NCBI GenBank assembly: GCA_030427805.1
Contig: JAUICP010000008.1
Location: 9,075-73,074 of the forward strand
Reading direction: 5' to 3'
Source of the DNA: Bdellovibrionia bacterium
GTDB lineage: Bacteria; Bdellovibrionota; Bdellovibrionia; Bdellovibrionales; JAGQZY01
Length of the DNA: 64,000 nt
Of this stretch, positions 45,383-55,556 are shown one piece after another. The notes below the pieces were generated by a model. That model was not told where the DNA came from and did not search any database. It saw only the letters and a program-made list of their open reading frames with translations. Every line of letters starts with the position of its first letter. Position 1 is the first letter of the stretch. Both the position numbers and the translations under genes were made by a program.

Positions 45383-46189
45383 ATGGCAAAAGAAGTCATC
45401 GAAGACATTCGCAAATACTACGAAAGCCAAAATGAAATCGATCGCTGGCAAAGCCAGCAACTCGAGTTTGAAATGACTCGACGGTTTTTCGATCGCAACC
45501 TAAAGCCGGGGTCATCGATTTTAGAGCTAGGAGCGGGCGCGGGTTTTTATACAACCTACCTCGCTCAGCAGGGACATCAGGTCACAGCCATTGAGTTGTC
45601 GGATAAACTCTCGCAAACATCAATTGAAGTCTCCGAGAAAGTGGGTCTCACCGAAAAAATCGAGCATATCGTAGGTGACGCCAGAGAAGTCACTGCTCTG
45701 GTCGATTCCCAGTTTGATGCAATTCTTGTAATGGGCCCTTTCTACCACTTACAAAACAGTAAAGAGCGCAGTCAGCTTTTAGGGGACTGCAAGGGGTTGT
45801 TGAAGCCGAACGGTCAAATCTACTCGAGTTTTCTAACGCGAATAGGTTTAGTCTCTTATATGCTCTACAAATATCCCAACTGGATTGTGAACAATCACAA
45901 GGATGCTGTATCAGTTTGGCAAAAGGGTCGCAATTACAGCCACCCTAAGGATGGAAGTTTCAGGGGCTATTTCTTTAATCTCGAACAGATCATTTCAATC
46001 CACGATGAGAACGATTTGAACTTAGAAATTCTATTCTCTCAAGACCCGGGGATCGGGGGAAATGACAAACTTTTCAACGAACTGGACGAAAGCACGAAAA
46101 GTGCTTGGATTGAATACCTTTTTGAAACAGCAAGTGATCCGCTCGTTCTCGGCTCGGGTCGCTCAATCCTTGTAAAGTCGCATATTTAA
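45383..46189 (+). CDS. Class I SAM-dependent methyltransferase
   Basis: Motif I is ILELGAGAGFYTTYLAQQG and the post-I motif is VTAIELS. The length is typical. Confidence 0.8.
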   Translation: MAKEVIEDIRKYYESQNEIDRWQSQQLEFEMTRRFFDRNLKPGSSILELGAGAGFYTTYLAQQGHQVTAIELSDKLSQTSIEVSEKVGLTEKIEHIVGDAREVTALVDSQFDAILVMGPFYHLQNSKERSQLLGDCKGLLKPNGQIYSSFLTRIGLVSYMLYKYPNWIVNNHKDAVSVWQKGRNYSHPKDGSFRGYFFNLEQIISIHDENDLNLEILFSQDPGIGGNDKLFNELDESTKSAWIEYLFETASDPLVLGSGRSILVKSHI

Positions 46190-46348
46190 CAGTGACTTCA
46201 AAGAGAACGTCCTATTCTGAAACTACTTTTTAACATAATCGTATAAGACCTTCGCACTGTAAAAATATCGACAGCTGTAAGCTATTTAGTGAGTTGTCGA
46301 GTTGGTAGGCAGTTTGCACTTACTATTTATGATTCTTTTTGAATCAGG

Positions 46349-47656
46349 TTGTCTTGGGGGTCTATTGTGTACAAAATTGAATCTTTGATTACTAAAATCA
46401 TAGCGTTTTCAATACTCACAATCTCTATTAATGTAAGCGCACAAACCTATCAAGTTATTCCGAACTCGTGTCTCGAGGACATTGATACTCCTTTGAGTGA
46501 GGAAATTCAGAAAGCTCGCTCAATTTGGATGGCTCTAACTGGTACAACCGTACCTATGTGTGATGACCGTCTAAAGCGAATGGAGATCTATATAAAGAAG
46601 GGTGACTTCAGTAAAGCTGTAGATGTCGCTCTTAAGGATCCACTTCATTATAATATTCGAGTTCGAGATATGGCCGCTAGAATCTGTTCCAGAGACGTTA
46701 CTTTCCGCACTGAAGTCAATGATTGTATCGCCACTATTGTGGGTATTGCCCGCGATGGTTTAGACGTTGCCGACGTTGTAACCGGTAATTTCTATTACCG
46801 CATTGATTTGGACAAGTTAAGTCCAACTAAGAGGCCCTCGGTGAATCGCAATAGTTTGGTCAATGATATCTTAAGAAGTAATCGTCATTATGAACAAATC
46901 AATGATCATCAGCTTTCGATGTACCATGTGTTGAAAAAAGAAGACGGGCAGCAGATTATCGATCTTCTCGATCAGAGCCGCGCCAGACCGGCCATCGATC
47001 CCGCAGGTGTGATCACGTCTAGAGCTTTTATGGAAGCCCATGCTACCGCCGGTACGAACCGTAGAATGGTGCAAATGTCATTTGAACAGTTCCTATGTAA
47101 GCCCATTACAGATTGGGCCGACAATACTGTCAGTGATCGATTTGTCGGTCGTGATGTTGATCGAAAGCCTGGTAATGATCCACAGAAATATCACATTACT
47201 TGTAAAGGGTGCCACGCACCTATGGATTCTATGCGCGGCGCTTTTGCTCGAGTTGATTTTAACAACAACTTCTATAGATATAGCCTGACATCGATTCAAG
47301 ACAAAATGAATCGCAATGGCGATACGAATCCCGATCTTTTCTTTGTAGTGAGCGATGACAGTTATGACAGTCAGGCCATTTATGGCGCTAATGCTTCTCA
47401 ATTTGGTTGGAGAGGCTATACAAAGGGCTCTGGAATGAGCGACCTTGCGCAAATGATTGCGGAAAGTCGAGCCTATAATTCGTGTTGGGCCAAGCATGCT
47501 TTTCAATCAGCCTGTGGACGTGCTCCTCAGACCGATGAAGAAATGGCTGTAGTTGATAGCTTGGGAGCAAGTTTTGACGGTCTTAACCAAAGACCATTGA
47601 GTTACCTCTATAAGAAACTGGCTCTCAACAGAATTTGCCTAGGAGTTGACCTATGA
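46349..47656 (+). CDS. Module A gene 1: secreted CxxCH protein (planctomycete PSCyt/DUF1588-class-like)
   Basis: There is a signal peptide. The block FLCKPITDW...GRDVDRKPGNDPQKYHITCKGCHAPMDSMRGAF is present. It is a clear paralogue of 52654-53775. Confidence 0.6.
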   Translation: MSWGSIVYKIESLITKIIAFSILTISINVSAQTYQVIPNSCLEDIDTPLSEEIQKARSIWMALTGTTVPMCDDRLKRMEIYIKKGDFSKAVDVALKDPLHYNIRVRDMAARICSRDVTFRTEVNDCIATIVGIARDGLDVADVVTGNFYYRIDLDKLSPTKRPSVNRNSLVNDILRSNRHYEQINDHQLSMYHVLKKEDGQQIIDLLDQSRARPAIDPAGVITSRAFMEAHATAGTNRRMVQMSFEQFLCKPITDWADNTVSDRFVGRDVDRKPGNDPQKYHITCKGCHAPMDSMRGAFARVDFNNNFYRYSLTSIQDKMNRNGDTNPDLFFVVSDDSYDSQAIYGANASQFGWRGYTKGSGMSDLAQMIAESRAYNSCWAKHAFQSACGRAPQTDEEMAVVDSLGASFDGLNQRPLSYLYKKLALNRICLGVDL

Positions 47657-48342
47657 GATCACTCAAACTTCTAACTCTAATCATTATTGTTGCTTTCGCG
47701 GTAGCTTGTTCTGAGCAGAAGGTTAAAGACTCGGTAGGAAATCAAGCGACGGCGACAAGTGCCTATAAAACGGATCGAATTCTTCATGGCGAGCAAGTTG
47801 CCAATAACCTTGTAAACTCGCTCGGTTTGAAGAACTCCGGTCAGATCGATAATATGTATGATCGTGCTGAGAGTGCCAGATTGCTCCTTTCAGAATCTGG
47901 AAACTACGACACGATTACAGGTGGTTATCTTAATGTGATGACTGAATTATCTGAGGCGGCCTGTGAACACTTGGTATTCGACCTTGAAAGAGGACGCCTG
48001 CAAATTGTCGATGGCGAAGTCGAAGATAATCGACATTATTTCCGTGGGATTTGGTTAGAAAATGCAGCTCCTGGTGGTGCTGACGCTTCTCGAGTCAACG
48101 CGGACTATGAGTATACGACTTCAAACTATTCTGCAGCATATTCACCGAAGATTCGTTATCAGAGAGCTGTTAAGAGATTAGCTCGCACTCTTTGGGGGCG
48201 AGATATCTCCGCAACTGAAGAAACTGAGATTATGGCACTAATTCAAACGACCTTAGATGCTGGCGCAGCCAACAAAGGATATCGAGCCGCAATCATTGCT
48301 TGTACTACAATAGCTTCATCATTTGATTCGGTAAGACAGTAA
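47653..48342 (+). CDS. Module A gene 2: small lipoprotein
   Basis: The lipobox is AFAVAC. An ATGA overlap couples it to gene 1. There is weak similarity to 53766-54203 (YQRAVKRLARTLWGRDISATEETEI versus YQRILGRKPTTSEIEI). Confidence 0.5.
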   Translation: MRSLKLLTLIIIVAFAVACSEQKVKDSVGNQATATSAYKTDRILHGEQVANNLVNSLGLKNSGQIDNMYDRAESARLLLSESGNYDTITGGYLNVMTELSEAACEHLVFDLERGRLQIVDGEVEDNRHYFRGIWLENAAPGGADASRVNADYEYTTSNYSAAYSPKIRYQRAVKRLARTLWGRDISATEETEIMALIQTTLDAGAANKGYRAAIIACTTIASSFDSVRQ

Positions 48343-48356
48343 GAGGGGTTGGGGAA

Positions 48357-50012
48357 ATGGCTATTAAGAAAAAAGAACTTATCAAATTTTCGGATATTAA
48401 AGAAAGCGATCTCAGAAAGATTGCTGAAGATAAACAGATGTTTTTTCATGCTGATCACGATCGTCCTCGGTCGCGCAGAGACTTCTTGAAAACAGGAATG
48501 CTCGCGGCGTCTGCTACGGTGGTAGCACCTTCTTTGCTGACCTTCTTAGCAAATAATGGTGTGGCGCAAAGTACGATCAACTGTGCTGATATTCTTTCAG
48601 GAACTCTTCAGTGGCCTGGGTTTCTGCAAGTAAACCTCTCTGGAGGAGCGGGTCTCACTGGTAATTTCTATGCACGTAGAACTATTGACCCTAACTTGCC
48701 TTTGAGTCAGAGAAATGAAGAATCCAATCTTGAATTTTTAAATAGTTATTCACGTCTGGGACTCGGAAATGGAGTGCCAAGTGACTTCGCTGGTGGCGGT
48801 ACTGTCGATCAGACCATGTTTGCTAATCCGTTTCCCGTGGTAAGAAATGCGGCTGACGAAACAACGGGTGGTCAATTTTTTCGCGGAATCCGTGAGATTG
48901 CGGGTGCTGCGGTGTTAGCCCAGACTTCAGCGACAGCTATGGTAGTTGCAAGCATGGATGATACGGGAACAAATAATAAGTTTGGTCCCCAGGGACTCAT
49001 TCAAAAAGCGGCGTCAATTCGTTCTATTAAACACCAAGTCTATCCCCATCTATCAACACGAAATACATCGACTTTAGCTGGTGTTAGACAGGATATTGCT
49101 GGGCGAGAAATTCCGGCAGCTCCACTTGTCGTGAATCGAATTGATGATCTTTATAGAGCCATGGGTAATTCGGCAGCAGAAACGCCATCAAACAAAAACG
49201 TGGTCCTTAGCGATACTGAAAAGACGGCGATTGCCAGAACTCTTTCGAGTTTATCTCCTTCACAAAGTGAAACTGTCAGTTCCACTGGTACAGGCACTTT
49301 TGAAATGTTTAAGAGACTTTTTAGAGATGCGACGGGCAAGAATTATTGTCAAAAGACGGCTCCTGCTCCTGCGGTGGATCCATATACCGATGCTGCCTTT
49401 CCAGAGTTGAATACGATTTGGGCCGATGTCCGAGCGGCTCGTCCCAATGTGAATTTCATTACAAATGATAATCTTGTTCATTCCTATGCCGCTATCGCTA
49501 ACTCAGCCGTTCGCGGTTGGACGGCGACGGCAGGAATTGATTTAGGTGGATTTGACTACCACAATAACGATCGAACAAATGTAACCGATCCTCGAGATCG
49601 AGCGGCTGGTCAAATTGTCGGTGGAGCATTGCGAACGGCTTCTGTTTTAGGACAACCACTCGTCGTTTTCATTACTTCTGATGGAGCTGTTGGTACGAGT
49701 GGTACCAACTACGGCGACGATTGGTCCAGCGATAGAGGTTCTGGCGGAAGTGCTTTGATCTTTATGTATCACCCAACTCAAGACTTGAGTGCCATTGATA
49801 CGCAATTGGGTGAGTTTGGTTCAGGTAGAAATCGCGATGGTCAGGCGGCTGTGGATGCAACCCCAGTGGGTGCTCCAGAGTTAGCAACGTTCGCGTTCTT
49901 TTATAGATATTTAAAATTTTCTGGCGATGCAGATTGGCAAGTCTTAGCAGATGAGGTTTTGGATTCATTTGCTCTGTCGCAAGATGATTTGGATTATATC
50001 GTTAAGTTTTAG
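48357..50012 (+). CDS. Module A gene 3: Tat-exported DUF1501-like (sulfatase/alkaline-phosphatase-fold-like) protein
   Basis: The twin-arginine signal is RSRRDFLKTGMLAASATVVAPS. Blocks NLSGGAGLTGNF, GGFDYHNNDR and VVFITSDGAV are present. It is a paralogue of 54207-55544. Confidence 0.6.
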   Translation: MAIKKKELIKFSDIKESDLRKIAEDKQMFFHADHDRPRSRRDFLKTGMLAASATVVAPSLLTFLANNGVAQSTINCADILSGTLQWPGFLQVNLSGGAGLTGNFYARRTIDPNLPLSQRNEESNLEFLNSYSRLGLGNGVPSDFAGGGTVDQTMFANPFPVVRNAADETTGGQFFRGIREIAGAAVLAQTSATAMVVASMDDTGTNNKFGPQGLIQKAASIRSIKHQVYPHLSTRNTSTLAGVRQDIAGREIPAAPLVVNRIDDLYRAMGNSAAETPSNKNVVLSDTEKTAIARTLSSLSPSQSETVSSTGTGTFEMFKRLFRDATGKNYCQKTAPAPAVDPYTDAAFPELNTIWADVRAARPNVNFITNDNLVHSYAAIANSAVRGWTATAGIDLGGFDYHNNDRTNVTDPRDRAAGQIVGGALRTASVLGQPLVVFITSDGAVGTSGTNYGDDWSSDRGSGGSALIFMYHPTQDLSAIDTQLGEFGSGRNRDGQAAVDATPVGAPELATFAFFYRYLKFSGDADWQVLADEVLDSFALSQDDLDYIVKF

Positions 50013-50031
50013 GTATAGGGTTGGGGTAGAC

Positions 50032-50847
50032 GTGAGAAATTTTGGCTTTTATATAACATCACTTATGGTTTTGAGTGCTGTAGCCATAACAGGCTGTTCG
50101 AAGCACCACACAGATGGTGCCGTCGGAAGCTCGCAGTTAACAGCTGCATGTGTGAGCGCGCTCAATGATTCATTTGCTCAGGATGTTCATCCATTCTTAG
50201 TAAAAAACTGTGCTGGTTGTCATACTAATGGCGGTTCAGGTAAAACTAAATTCGCGGAGTCCAGTGTGAGTCTTGCCTGGGGTGAATTTTCGTCCATGGG
50301 CAACTCGGGAATTGAGAAGGTTTATAATAATGCTATTTCTGATAGTCATGCACCTGGTGTTACGGGAAGTGCTATCGAAAGTGAAGCCACTCTCGCCCAC
50401 GACAACTATGATGCGACTTTATCAGGATGTACTTCTGGAATCGTAGCCGGTACTCAAACAGAAGCAAAAATCCTCAATCTCGATCTTGGCGATGAAGAAA
50501 CTCTTGTCTGGAACCTTTCTGATTCGCTTTCGCCATCAGTGAGCGGAATGAGTGGAGCTTTTCTCTTCTTAGATATTCGTGCTGATGCCGGTGGCTATTA
50601 TGTCATTTCAAATCCAAGAATTCGCACAGGCCCCAACGGAATTATTGTTAGGGATGTCACAGTCTATATTAATGGTTCTAAAGTTGATATTGCGACACTC
50701 TACCGTGGGGTCAATATGGAAATTCCCGCTTGGACTTCTGAATCTAGTAATGAAGGGACTCTCTCACTAGATAGTATAATTCTTGAGTCAGCCGTTTCAC
50801 CTTCAACCGAGCTGCAGCTAGCGTTCGCTGCGCTTGTGGCGAACTAG
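50032..50847 (+). CDS. Module A gene 4: lipoprotein with an N-terminal CxxCH motif
   Basis: I chose the GTG at 50032, which gives VRNFGFYITSLMVLSAVAITGCSK (a lipobox). DVHPFLVKNCAGCHTNGG is present. It is a paralogue of 55557-56696. Confidence 0.55.
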   Translation: MRNFGFYITSLMVLSAVAITGCSKHHTDGAVGSSQLTAACVSALNDSFAQDVHPFLVKNCAGCHTNGGSGKTKFAESSVSLAWGEFSSMGNSGIEKVYNNAISDSHAPGVTGSAIESEATLAHDNYDATLSGCTSGIVAGTQTEAKILNLDLGDEETLVWNLSDSLSPSVSGMSGAFLFLDIRADAGGYYVISNPRIRTGPNGIIVRDVTVYINGSKVDIATLYRGVNMEIPAWTSESSNEGTLSLDSIILESAVSPSTELQLAFAALVAN

Positions 50848-50856
50848 GAGGTCCCA

Positions 50857-51813
50857 ATGAAGAAGTTACTTGGAATTCTCCTCATCGCATTTTTGGCAAC
50901 CGGGTGTGCTGAGATCGATGAACTTTTTGAGGGTAAAAAAGGCGATAGTAATTCTGGTGCTAGTACCAATCAGTTAAAGGCTGAAATTTACGCCGCAGAC
51001 TGGTCGAATATCACTAATGTCAATTTACTCGAAACAGGTAAGACCTATAATATTAGGATTGACCGCAATCTTTTAGATGGAGCCATTGTTTCATGGGACC
51101 TTCTATTTAGAGGGGCTAATTGTGATATCCAGGTTTTTGAAGATGAGGGCGTGAAAGATCAAGCTCAGATTGTTTGTACAACTTGGGGTCAGCTCGGATT
51201 GGAAATAACAGCTCTTTTTGACAATGGGAGCGAATACATTTCGACGATTAACCTAGGTTTTATCGATACGAATCCTGGTGGTAATGGTGACCAAGGACCC
51301 GTACGAATTTACCGAGTTCTCAATGGCACTGGCGGTGGAACTTGGGGAAGTAATGGATGGCTGCAGTCTTCAGGAGATCCCGCTCGTGGAGTCGTCTATG
51401 TTGGTCAAACTCTAAAAATCATCAATGAAGACTCTGCGGAGCACCAACCTTTCGCGGCTAACGGTCTCAACTGTACCAATGCTCCTTTCCCATTATTAAC
51501 GGGTCAATCTTACGATTGTGAAATCACCCAGGAGTTAATAACGGCTGAGGACTACATTGTCGATAATCTCAATTCTGCAGATGGACGATTGAGCTTTAAA
51601 GCCATCGATGCCGATCGGATCTACAACGATCAATTTAACTGTACATCCTGTCATGGTCACAAGACTGGATCCAGTGCTGCTCAAATCGAAACGGCGATCC
51701 GTACGGGGATACCGGCCATGAAGTTTCTCGAAGCGGAACTAGATCTTGATGACGGATTAACGGCTTCGGAAAAGGCCGATGCCATTCGTTGGTATCTAGA
51801 TAATTCCATATAG
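50857..51813 (+). CDS. Lipoprotein with a C-terminal mono-haem cytochrome-c-like motif and a possible cupredoxin-like middle domain
   Basis: The lipobox is FLATGC. The C-terminus carries NCTSCHGHKTGSSAAQIETAIRTGIPAM. VYVGQTLKIINEDSAEHQPF ... NC is reminiscent of cupredoxin strands, but only weakly. Confidence 0.45.
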   Translation: MKKLLGILLIAFLATGCAEIDELFEGKKGDSNSGASTNQLKAEIYAADWSNITNVNLLETGKTYNIRIDRNLLDGAIVSWDLLFRGANCDIQVFEDEGVKDQAQIVCTTWGQLGLEITALFDNGSEYISTINLGFIDTNPGGNGDQGPVRIYRVLNGTGGGTWGSNGWLQSSGDPARGVVYVGQTLKIINEDSAEHQPFAANGLNCTNAPFPLLTGQSYDCEITQELITAEDYIVDNLNSADGRLSFKAIDADRIYNDQFNCTSCHGHKTGSSAAQIETAIRTGIPAMKFLEAELDLDDGLTASEKADAIRWYLDNSI

Positions 51814-51840
51814 TTTCATATTTAAATTGAAAGTGATATT

Positions 51841-51868
51841 AAACCCAGCTCATTGAGTTGGGTTTTTT
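51841..51868 (+). terminator. Rho-independent terminator ending the module A operon
   Basis: AAACCCAGCTC-ATT-GAGTTGGGTTTTTT has a roughly 10-bp stem with one mismatch, followed by a T6 run. Confidence 0.75.
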
Positions 51869-51967
51869 CATTTTTGTCGCGGTTTTAGTTGCGAAGGCCT
51901 TATTTAAAATCAAGGTCGCGGCTAGTATGGCGCCAGGTTACCCACTTAAACTACGAAGGAGGACCCG

Positions 51968-52642
51968 ATGTTGGTCTCTGCTATGTTGAGGTGGGTTGGG
52001 ATATGGTGTTTATTTTTTATTTCTATTAATTCTCTTGCTCAAGAGTCTGTTGAGATAGACCCTCGGTTTACGGGCAACTTCTCAACATCTTACTATCAAG
52101 TTCTTCAAGACGGTAGTAATGCTGAATTTAGTATTCGCACCTCGCGAAATGTAATCGGTGTCGAAGATATCAAAGCAAAGGTTCGGTATCGTTTCAGTAC
52201 GACAGTCACTGAGCCGCAGCCATTTGCTGACAAATACATGGAGCTTTTACTCCAGCGCAGTCCAGGCTTAGACATCGTTAAAAATCTTAACGTCGATAAG
52301 ATATCTGTTGAAGACAAAGGTAAAAAAATCGTTGTCGATTTGTTTTATTCCTTTGGCTTTGATGGATTGTTTGGTGCCCTTGATGCGCGATTGAGTTTTA
52401 CCACGACAGTGCGACTCATTGAGTCTTGTGAAGCCTATGATTATCGAAGTGGGCAGTACGTTCAGACGACTTGTATGGAACTTGTCGCCAACAACTGGCA
52501 CCTCAGTCGCTTTGATTCCAGCCTTGACCCATATGCTAATGCCACTGCCGGCCTCGTAGCTGACCTTCTCTTTCGGCTGATCGGTGGGAGTCTTAATGGC
52601 GGAAATTTTATCAACTCAAGACTTTACCGCGTTCAACAGTAG
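51968..52642 (+). CDS. Secreted hypothetical protein (first gene of the module B operon)
   Basis: The signal peptide is GIWCLFFISINSLAQE. No family was recognised. Confidence 0.45.
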   Translation: MLVSAMLRWVGIWCLFFISINSLAQESVEIDPRFTGNFSTSYYQVLQDGSNAEFSIRTSRNVIGVEDIKAKVRYRFSTTVTEPQPFADKYMELLLQRSPGLDIVKNLNVDKISVEDKGKKIVVDLFYSFGFDGLFGALDARLSFTTTVRLIESCEAYDYRSGQYVQTTCMELVANNWHLSRFDSSLDPYANATAGLVADLLFRLIGGSLNGGNFINSRLYRVQQ

Positions 52643-52653
52643 AGAGGTCAGTC

Positions 52654-53775
52654 GTGAACTTTTTGAAACAAGTATTCGTGGTATTCGTTCTGATCAGTTT
52701 GAGTTTGGTCGCTCGAGCTCAGATTTCTAATGGGTTGATGTACCAGAGGCTGACTGGGCTTCCGGCAGTCGGTGACCTCGAGGGCCTTGAGTATGAGCAG
52801 GTCTTTGAAAAAGCTTTTACTGATAGCAATTTTTTGGATAATCGAATTTTGACCTTGGTTTCAAGGTTATCCGTGGAGTCAGCTGACCCATACGGACCTA
52901 TCGGAACCTATCAGGCGGCCATTGCCCTGGGAATTGTACAGAATATTGATTTTCGATCCCTGTTTGATCAGCCCATTTGGATCGTCAGCAATGAAACGGC
53001 AAACCCTGTAACACCGAGATTGGCTCAATTAGCTTTCACACTCGCCTCTCTCGATGGATTTTCTAATCTCCCCAGTGAATTTCGTCTATTTACAGGAGAC
53101 CCCTTTACCGAAATATCCTATGACGATGGCAAGTACGAAGGATTGTTTACCACTCCCGAGTTTGGTGAGGAGTTCATACAAGATGGAACCAATAGAAAGC
53201 CGATCCGTGGTATTTACGATATTTTTCTCTGTAGTAAAATTGAATCCTATAAGGATGCCAGTCTCGATACCTTCTTTATTGGCCAGGATATCGATCGGGT
53301 TCCGGGCGATCACCCCCAAGTTTTTCAAGAAGAATGCAGTGCCTGTCACGCGCCACTCGATGGGCAAAGACCGGCTTTTGCCTATCAAGATTATCAAAAT
53401 AATCGGATGATGCTTTTGCAAGAGGTTTCCGAAAAGTATAACCGCAATTCGAGGGGCTATGGTGGATTACAAATAGTATCCGACCACTGGGAAAACCCAC
53501 TCGTAACTCCAGTCCATCAAGAGCGTTTTGGTTGGCGCACTCCAACTACAGGTCGCGGTGTGGGCGAGTTTGCCCATATGATTGTGAATTCTGAGCAATT
53601 TAGTCGCTGTATGGTGCAAAAAACTGCAGCTGAATTTTGCGATCTCCCGATGGACTTTGTGCAAAACGACGCCATTGCTCAGGTCGTTCAAAGTCTAGCA
53701 ACTCGCTTTGAAGTGGGTGAGTATCGATTTCTAAATCTAATTAAAGACATAGTAAGGAGTCCCCTATGCGAATAA
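52654..53775 (+). CDS. Module B gene 1: secreted CxxCH protein, paralogue of 46349-47656
   Basis: There is a signal peptide. FLCSKIESY...GQDIDRVPGDHPQVFQEECSACHAPLDGQRPAF and RFGWRTPTTGRGVGEFAHMI align with the A1 blocks. Confidence 0.6.
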   Translation: MNFLKQVFVVFVLISLSLVARAQISNGLMYQRLTGLPAVGDLEGLEYEQVFEKAFTDSNFLDNRILTLVSRLSVESADPYGPIGTYQAAIALGIVQNIDFRSLFDQPIWIVSNETANPVTPRLAQLAFTLASLDGFSNLPSEFRLFTGDPFTEISYDDGKYEGLFTTPEFGEEFIQDGTNRKPIRGIYDIFLCSKIESYKDASLDTFFIGQDIDRVPGDHPQVFQEECSACHAPLDGQRPAFAYQDYQNNRMMLLQEVSEKYNRNSRGYGGLQIVSDHWENPLVTPVHQERFGWRTPTTGRGVGEFAHMIVNSEQFSRCMVQKTAAEFCDLPMDFVQNDAIAQVVQSLATRFEVGEYRFLNLIKDIVRSPLCE

Positions 53776-54203
53776 TTTATTTATGCTTTTTTGTTTTCGC
53801 GGTTTCCTTACCTGCGAGTGCCGGCTTGATCGAAAGAGAGCCTCGCATTCTGAATGGTCGCCAATATGTATTAAAACTCTCTCAGGTTTTAAATGTTTCA
53901 ATGTACGACTACAGACCTTTATTTGAATCCTTAAAGTTGAACCTACCTCGCGAAGGAGAACTCAGTGAGTTTTATGCCGCTAAGGACTCGATGGCGAAAC
54001 TCGCAGGATTTGGTTGTGACATCATGGAATTTTTAGAAGGACCAGATCTAAATATAGATTCAACCTACCAGCGAATTTTGGGGCGCAAGCCAACGACGAG
54101 TGAAATTGAAATTGCAATTTATTTGAGTAGTGGAGATTTAGATGTCTTCTCAACCTGTCTCCTTTTAACAATGCACCCAGAATTCATATATATAAAAAAC
54201 TAA
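53766..54203 (+). CDS. Module B gene 2: small secreted protein
   Basis: The signal peptide is FFVFAVSLPASAG. It overlaps the upstream gene by 10 nt. Confidence 0.5.
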   Translation: MRIIYLCFFVFAVSLPASAGLIEREPRILNGRQYVLKLSQVLNVSMYDYRPLFESLKLNLPREGELSEFYAAKDSMAKLAGFGCDIMEFLEGPDLNIDSTYQRILGRKPTTSEIEIAIYLSSGDLDVFSTCLLLTMHPEFIYIKN

Positions 54204-54206
54204 AAT

Positions 54207-55544
54207 GTGAGAGATATGATGAAAAAAATTGATTTTTTAAATTTACACAAAAAACCAAAGACTCGAAGAGACTTTATTAAATTTGGTATGATGGCAGGAG
54301 GGGGCCTTCTACTTCCTTCTCTGTTTTCTAATAATACCTGGGCTGCGACGGGCTCCCATGTTCCCTTTCTTGTTTTCGACCTTTCTGGCGGAGCGAGTAT
54401 GTCCGGTAATTTTCTTGTTGGTAAAAAAGAAGGCCCTCTCGATTTATGTGCTCGCTATGAAGCCCACGGATGGGATCCCCGTTCTTCGGGAGCGCTTGAC
54501 GAAACCTTTGGTCTGCCTCTATCAGCTCAAAGAAGTATGATGCTTCGGGGTCTACGCAATAATTTGCCCGAAGAAATAGCATCTCAAGGAGAAAAGAAAT
54601 ATCTGCAAATGGCATCGATCTGTAATTTCTCTCTCGATGACACCTCAGATAATAGGCTTTCGGCACTATCCTTGGTTTCAAAAACGGGTCTCGTCGGAGA
54701 GTTCCTTGCCAGTGGAATTGGACTCACCTCCAATTTGTCAGGAGGAAACTCGGACGTGTTTTTAAAGGAACCTTCCTATAAGCCGAAAATGATCACTAGT
54801 ATCGAAGATGTTTTGGATCTAACGAGTCTCGGCGATCGCTTTAAGCAAGTTTCAGATGAGAACAAACAAAAAATATATGCACATTTCAAAGAACTCGGTG
54901 CTAATTACCCAGAACTGGCCCAGGCCTACAATGACCTTGAGCAATTTGGTGAACCATTGCTTCAAGGAAATCCCCAGAATTCACCGGAAGCAATCGAGGT
55001 CTATGGTGACGAGTTACAATTTGATCGTACGACGCAACTGCGGGCCTCAATTGCTTTCAATGTTATTCAGGGATACACAGGCCCTGGAGTCATTACGATA
55101 GAGAACTGCGATTACCACGATAGCACCCAAGAAACAGGTGATCAAAAGGATGAAGAAATTGGCTCCGAGATCGGAAGGGCGATTTCGCTAGCACATAAGT
55201 TGGGTAAGCCCCTTTTTATTCAGATCATTACAGATGGTGGTGTTTACGCGAGCAGCGACTCCTACGATCGCGCATGGATCGGAGATCAAAACCAACACAG
55301 CCTTTCGGTCATGGCTTACTTCGATCCAACTGGGAGTACTGAGCAACAAAAAATGCAACTGGGGCATTACACGGACTCGGGCGTATTATCGCAAACTGAC
55401 AATCCTGTAAAAGATGAAGAGGCCATGGTGAAAGCGGTCATGGCAAATTATCTCTCTGTTCAAGGACTACTTGGACAGTTTGAAGATTTAACTGGGCTTC
55501 GCGGTCGGGCCGGCGAAATTGACCCTTTGATTTGTTTTTCATAA
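54207..55544 (+). CDS. Module B gene 3: Tat-exported DUF1501-like protein, paralogue of 48357-50012
   Basis: The twin-arginine signal is KTRRDFIKFGMMAGGGLLLPS. Blocks DLSGGASMSGNF, NCDYHDSTQ and FIQIITDGGV are present. Confidence 0.6.
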   Translation: MRDMMKKIDFLNLHKKPKTRRDFIKFGMMAGGGLLLPSLFSNNTWAATGSHVPFLVFDLSGGASMSGNFLVGKKEGPLDLCARYEAHGWDPRSSGALDETFGLPLSAQRSMMLRGLRNNLPEEIASQGEKKYLQMASICNFSLDDTSDNRLSALSLVSKTGLVGEFLASGIGLTSNLSGGNSDVFLKEPSYKPKMITSIEDVLDLTSLGDRFKQVSDENKQKIYAHFKELGANYPELAQAYNDLEQFGEPLLQGNPQNSPEAIEVYGDELQFDRTTQLRASIAFNVIQGYTGPGVITIENCDYHDSTQETGDQKDEEIGSEIGRAISLAHKLGKPLFIQIITDGGVYASSDSYDRAWIGDQNQHSLSVMAYFDPTGSTEQQKMQLGHYTDSGVLSQTDNPVKDEEAMVKAVMANYLSVQGLLGQFEDLTGLRGRAGEIDPLICFS

Positions 55545-55556
55545 GTGAGAGAAGAA

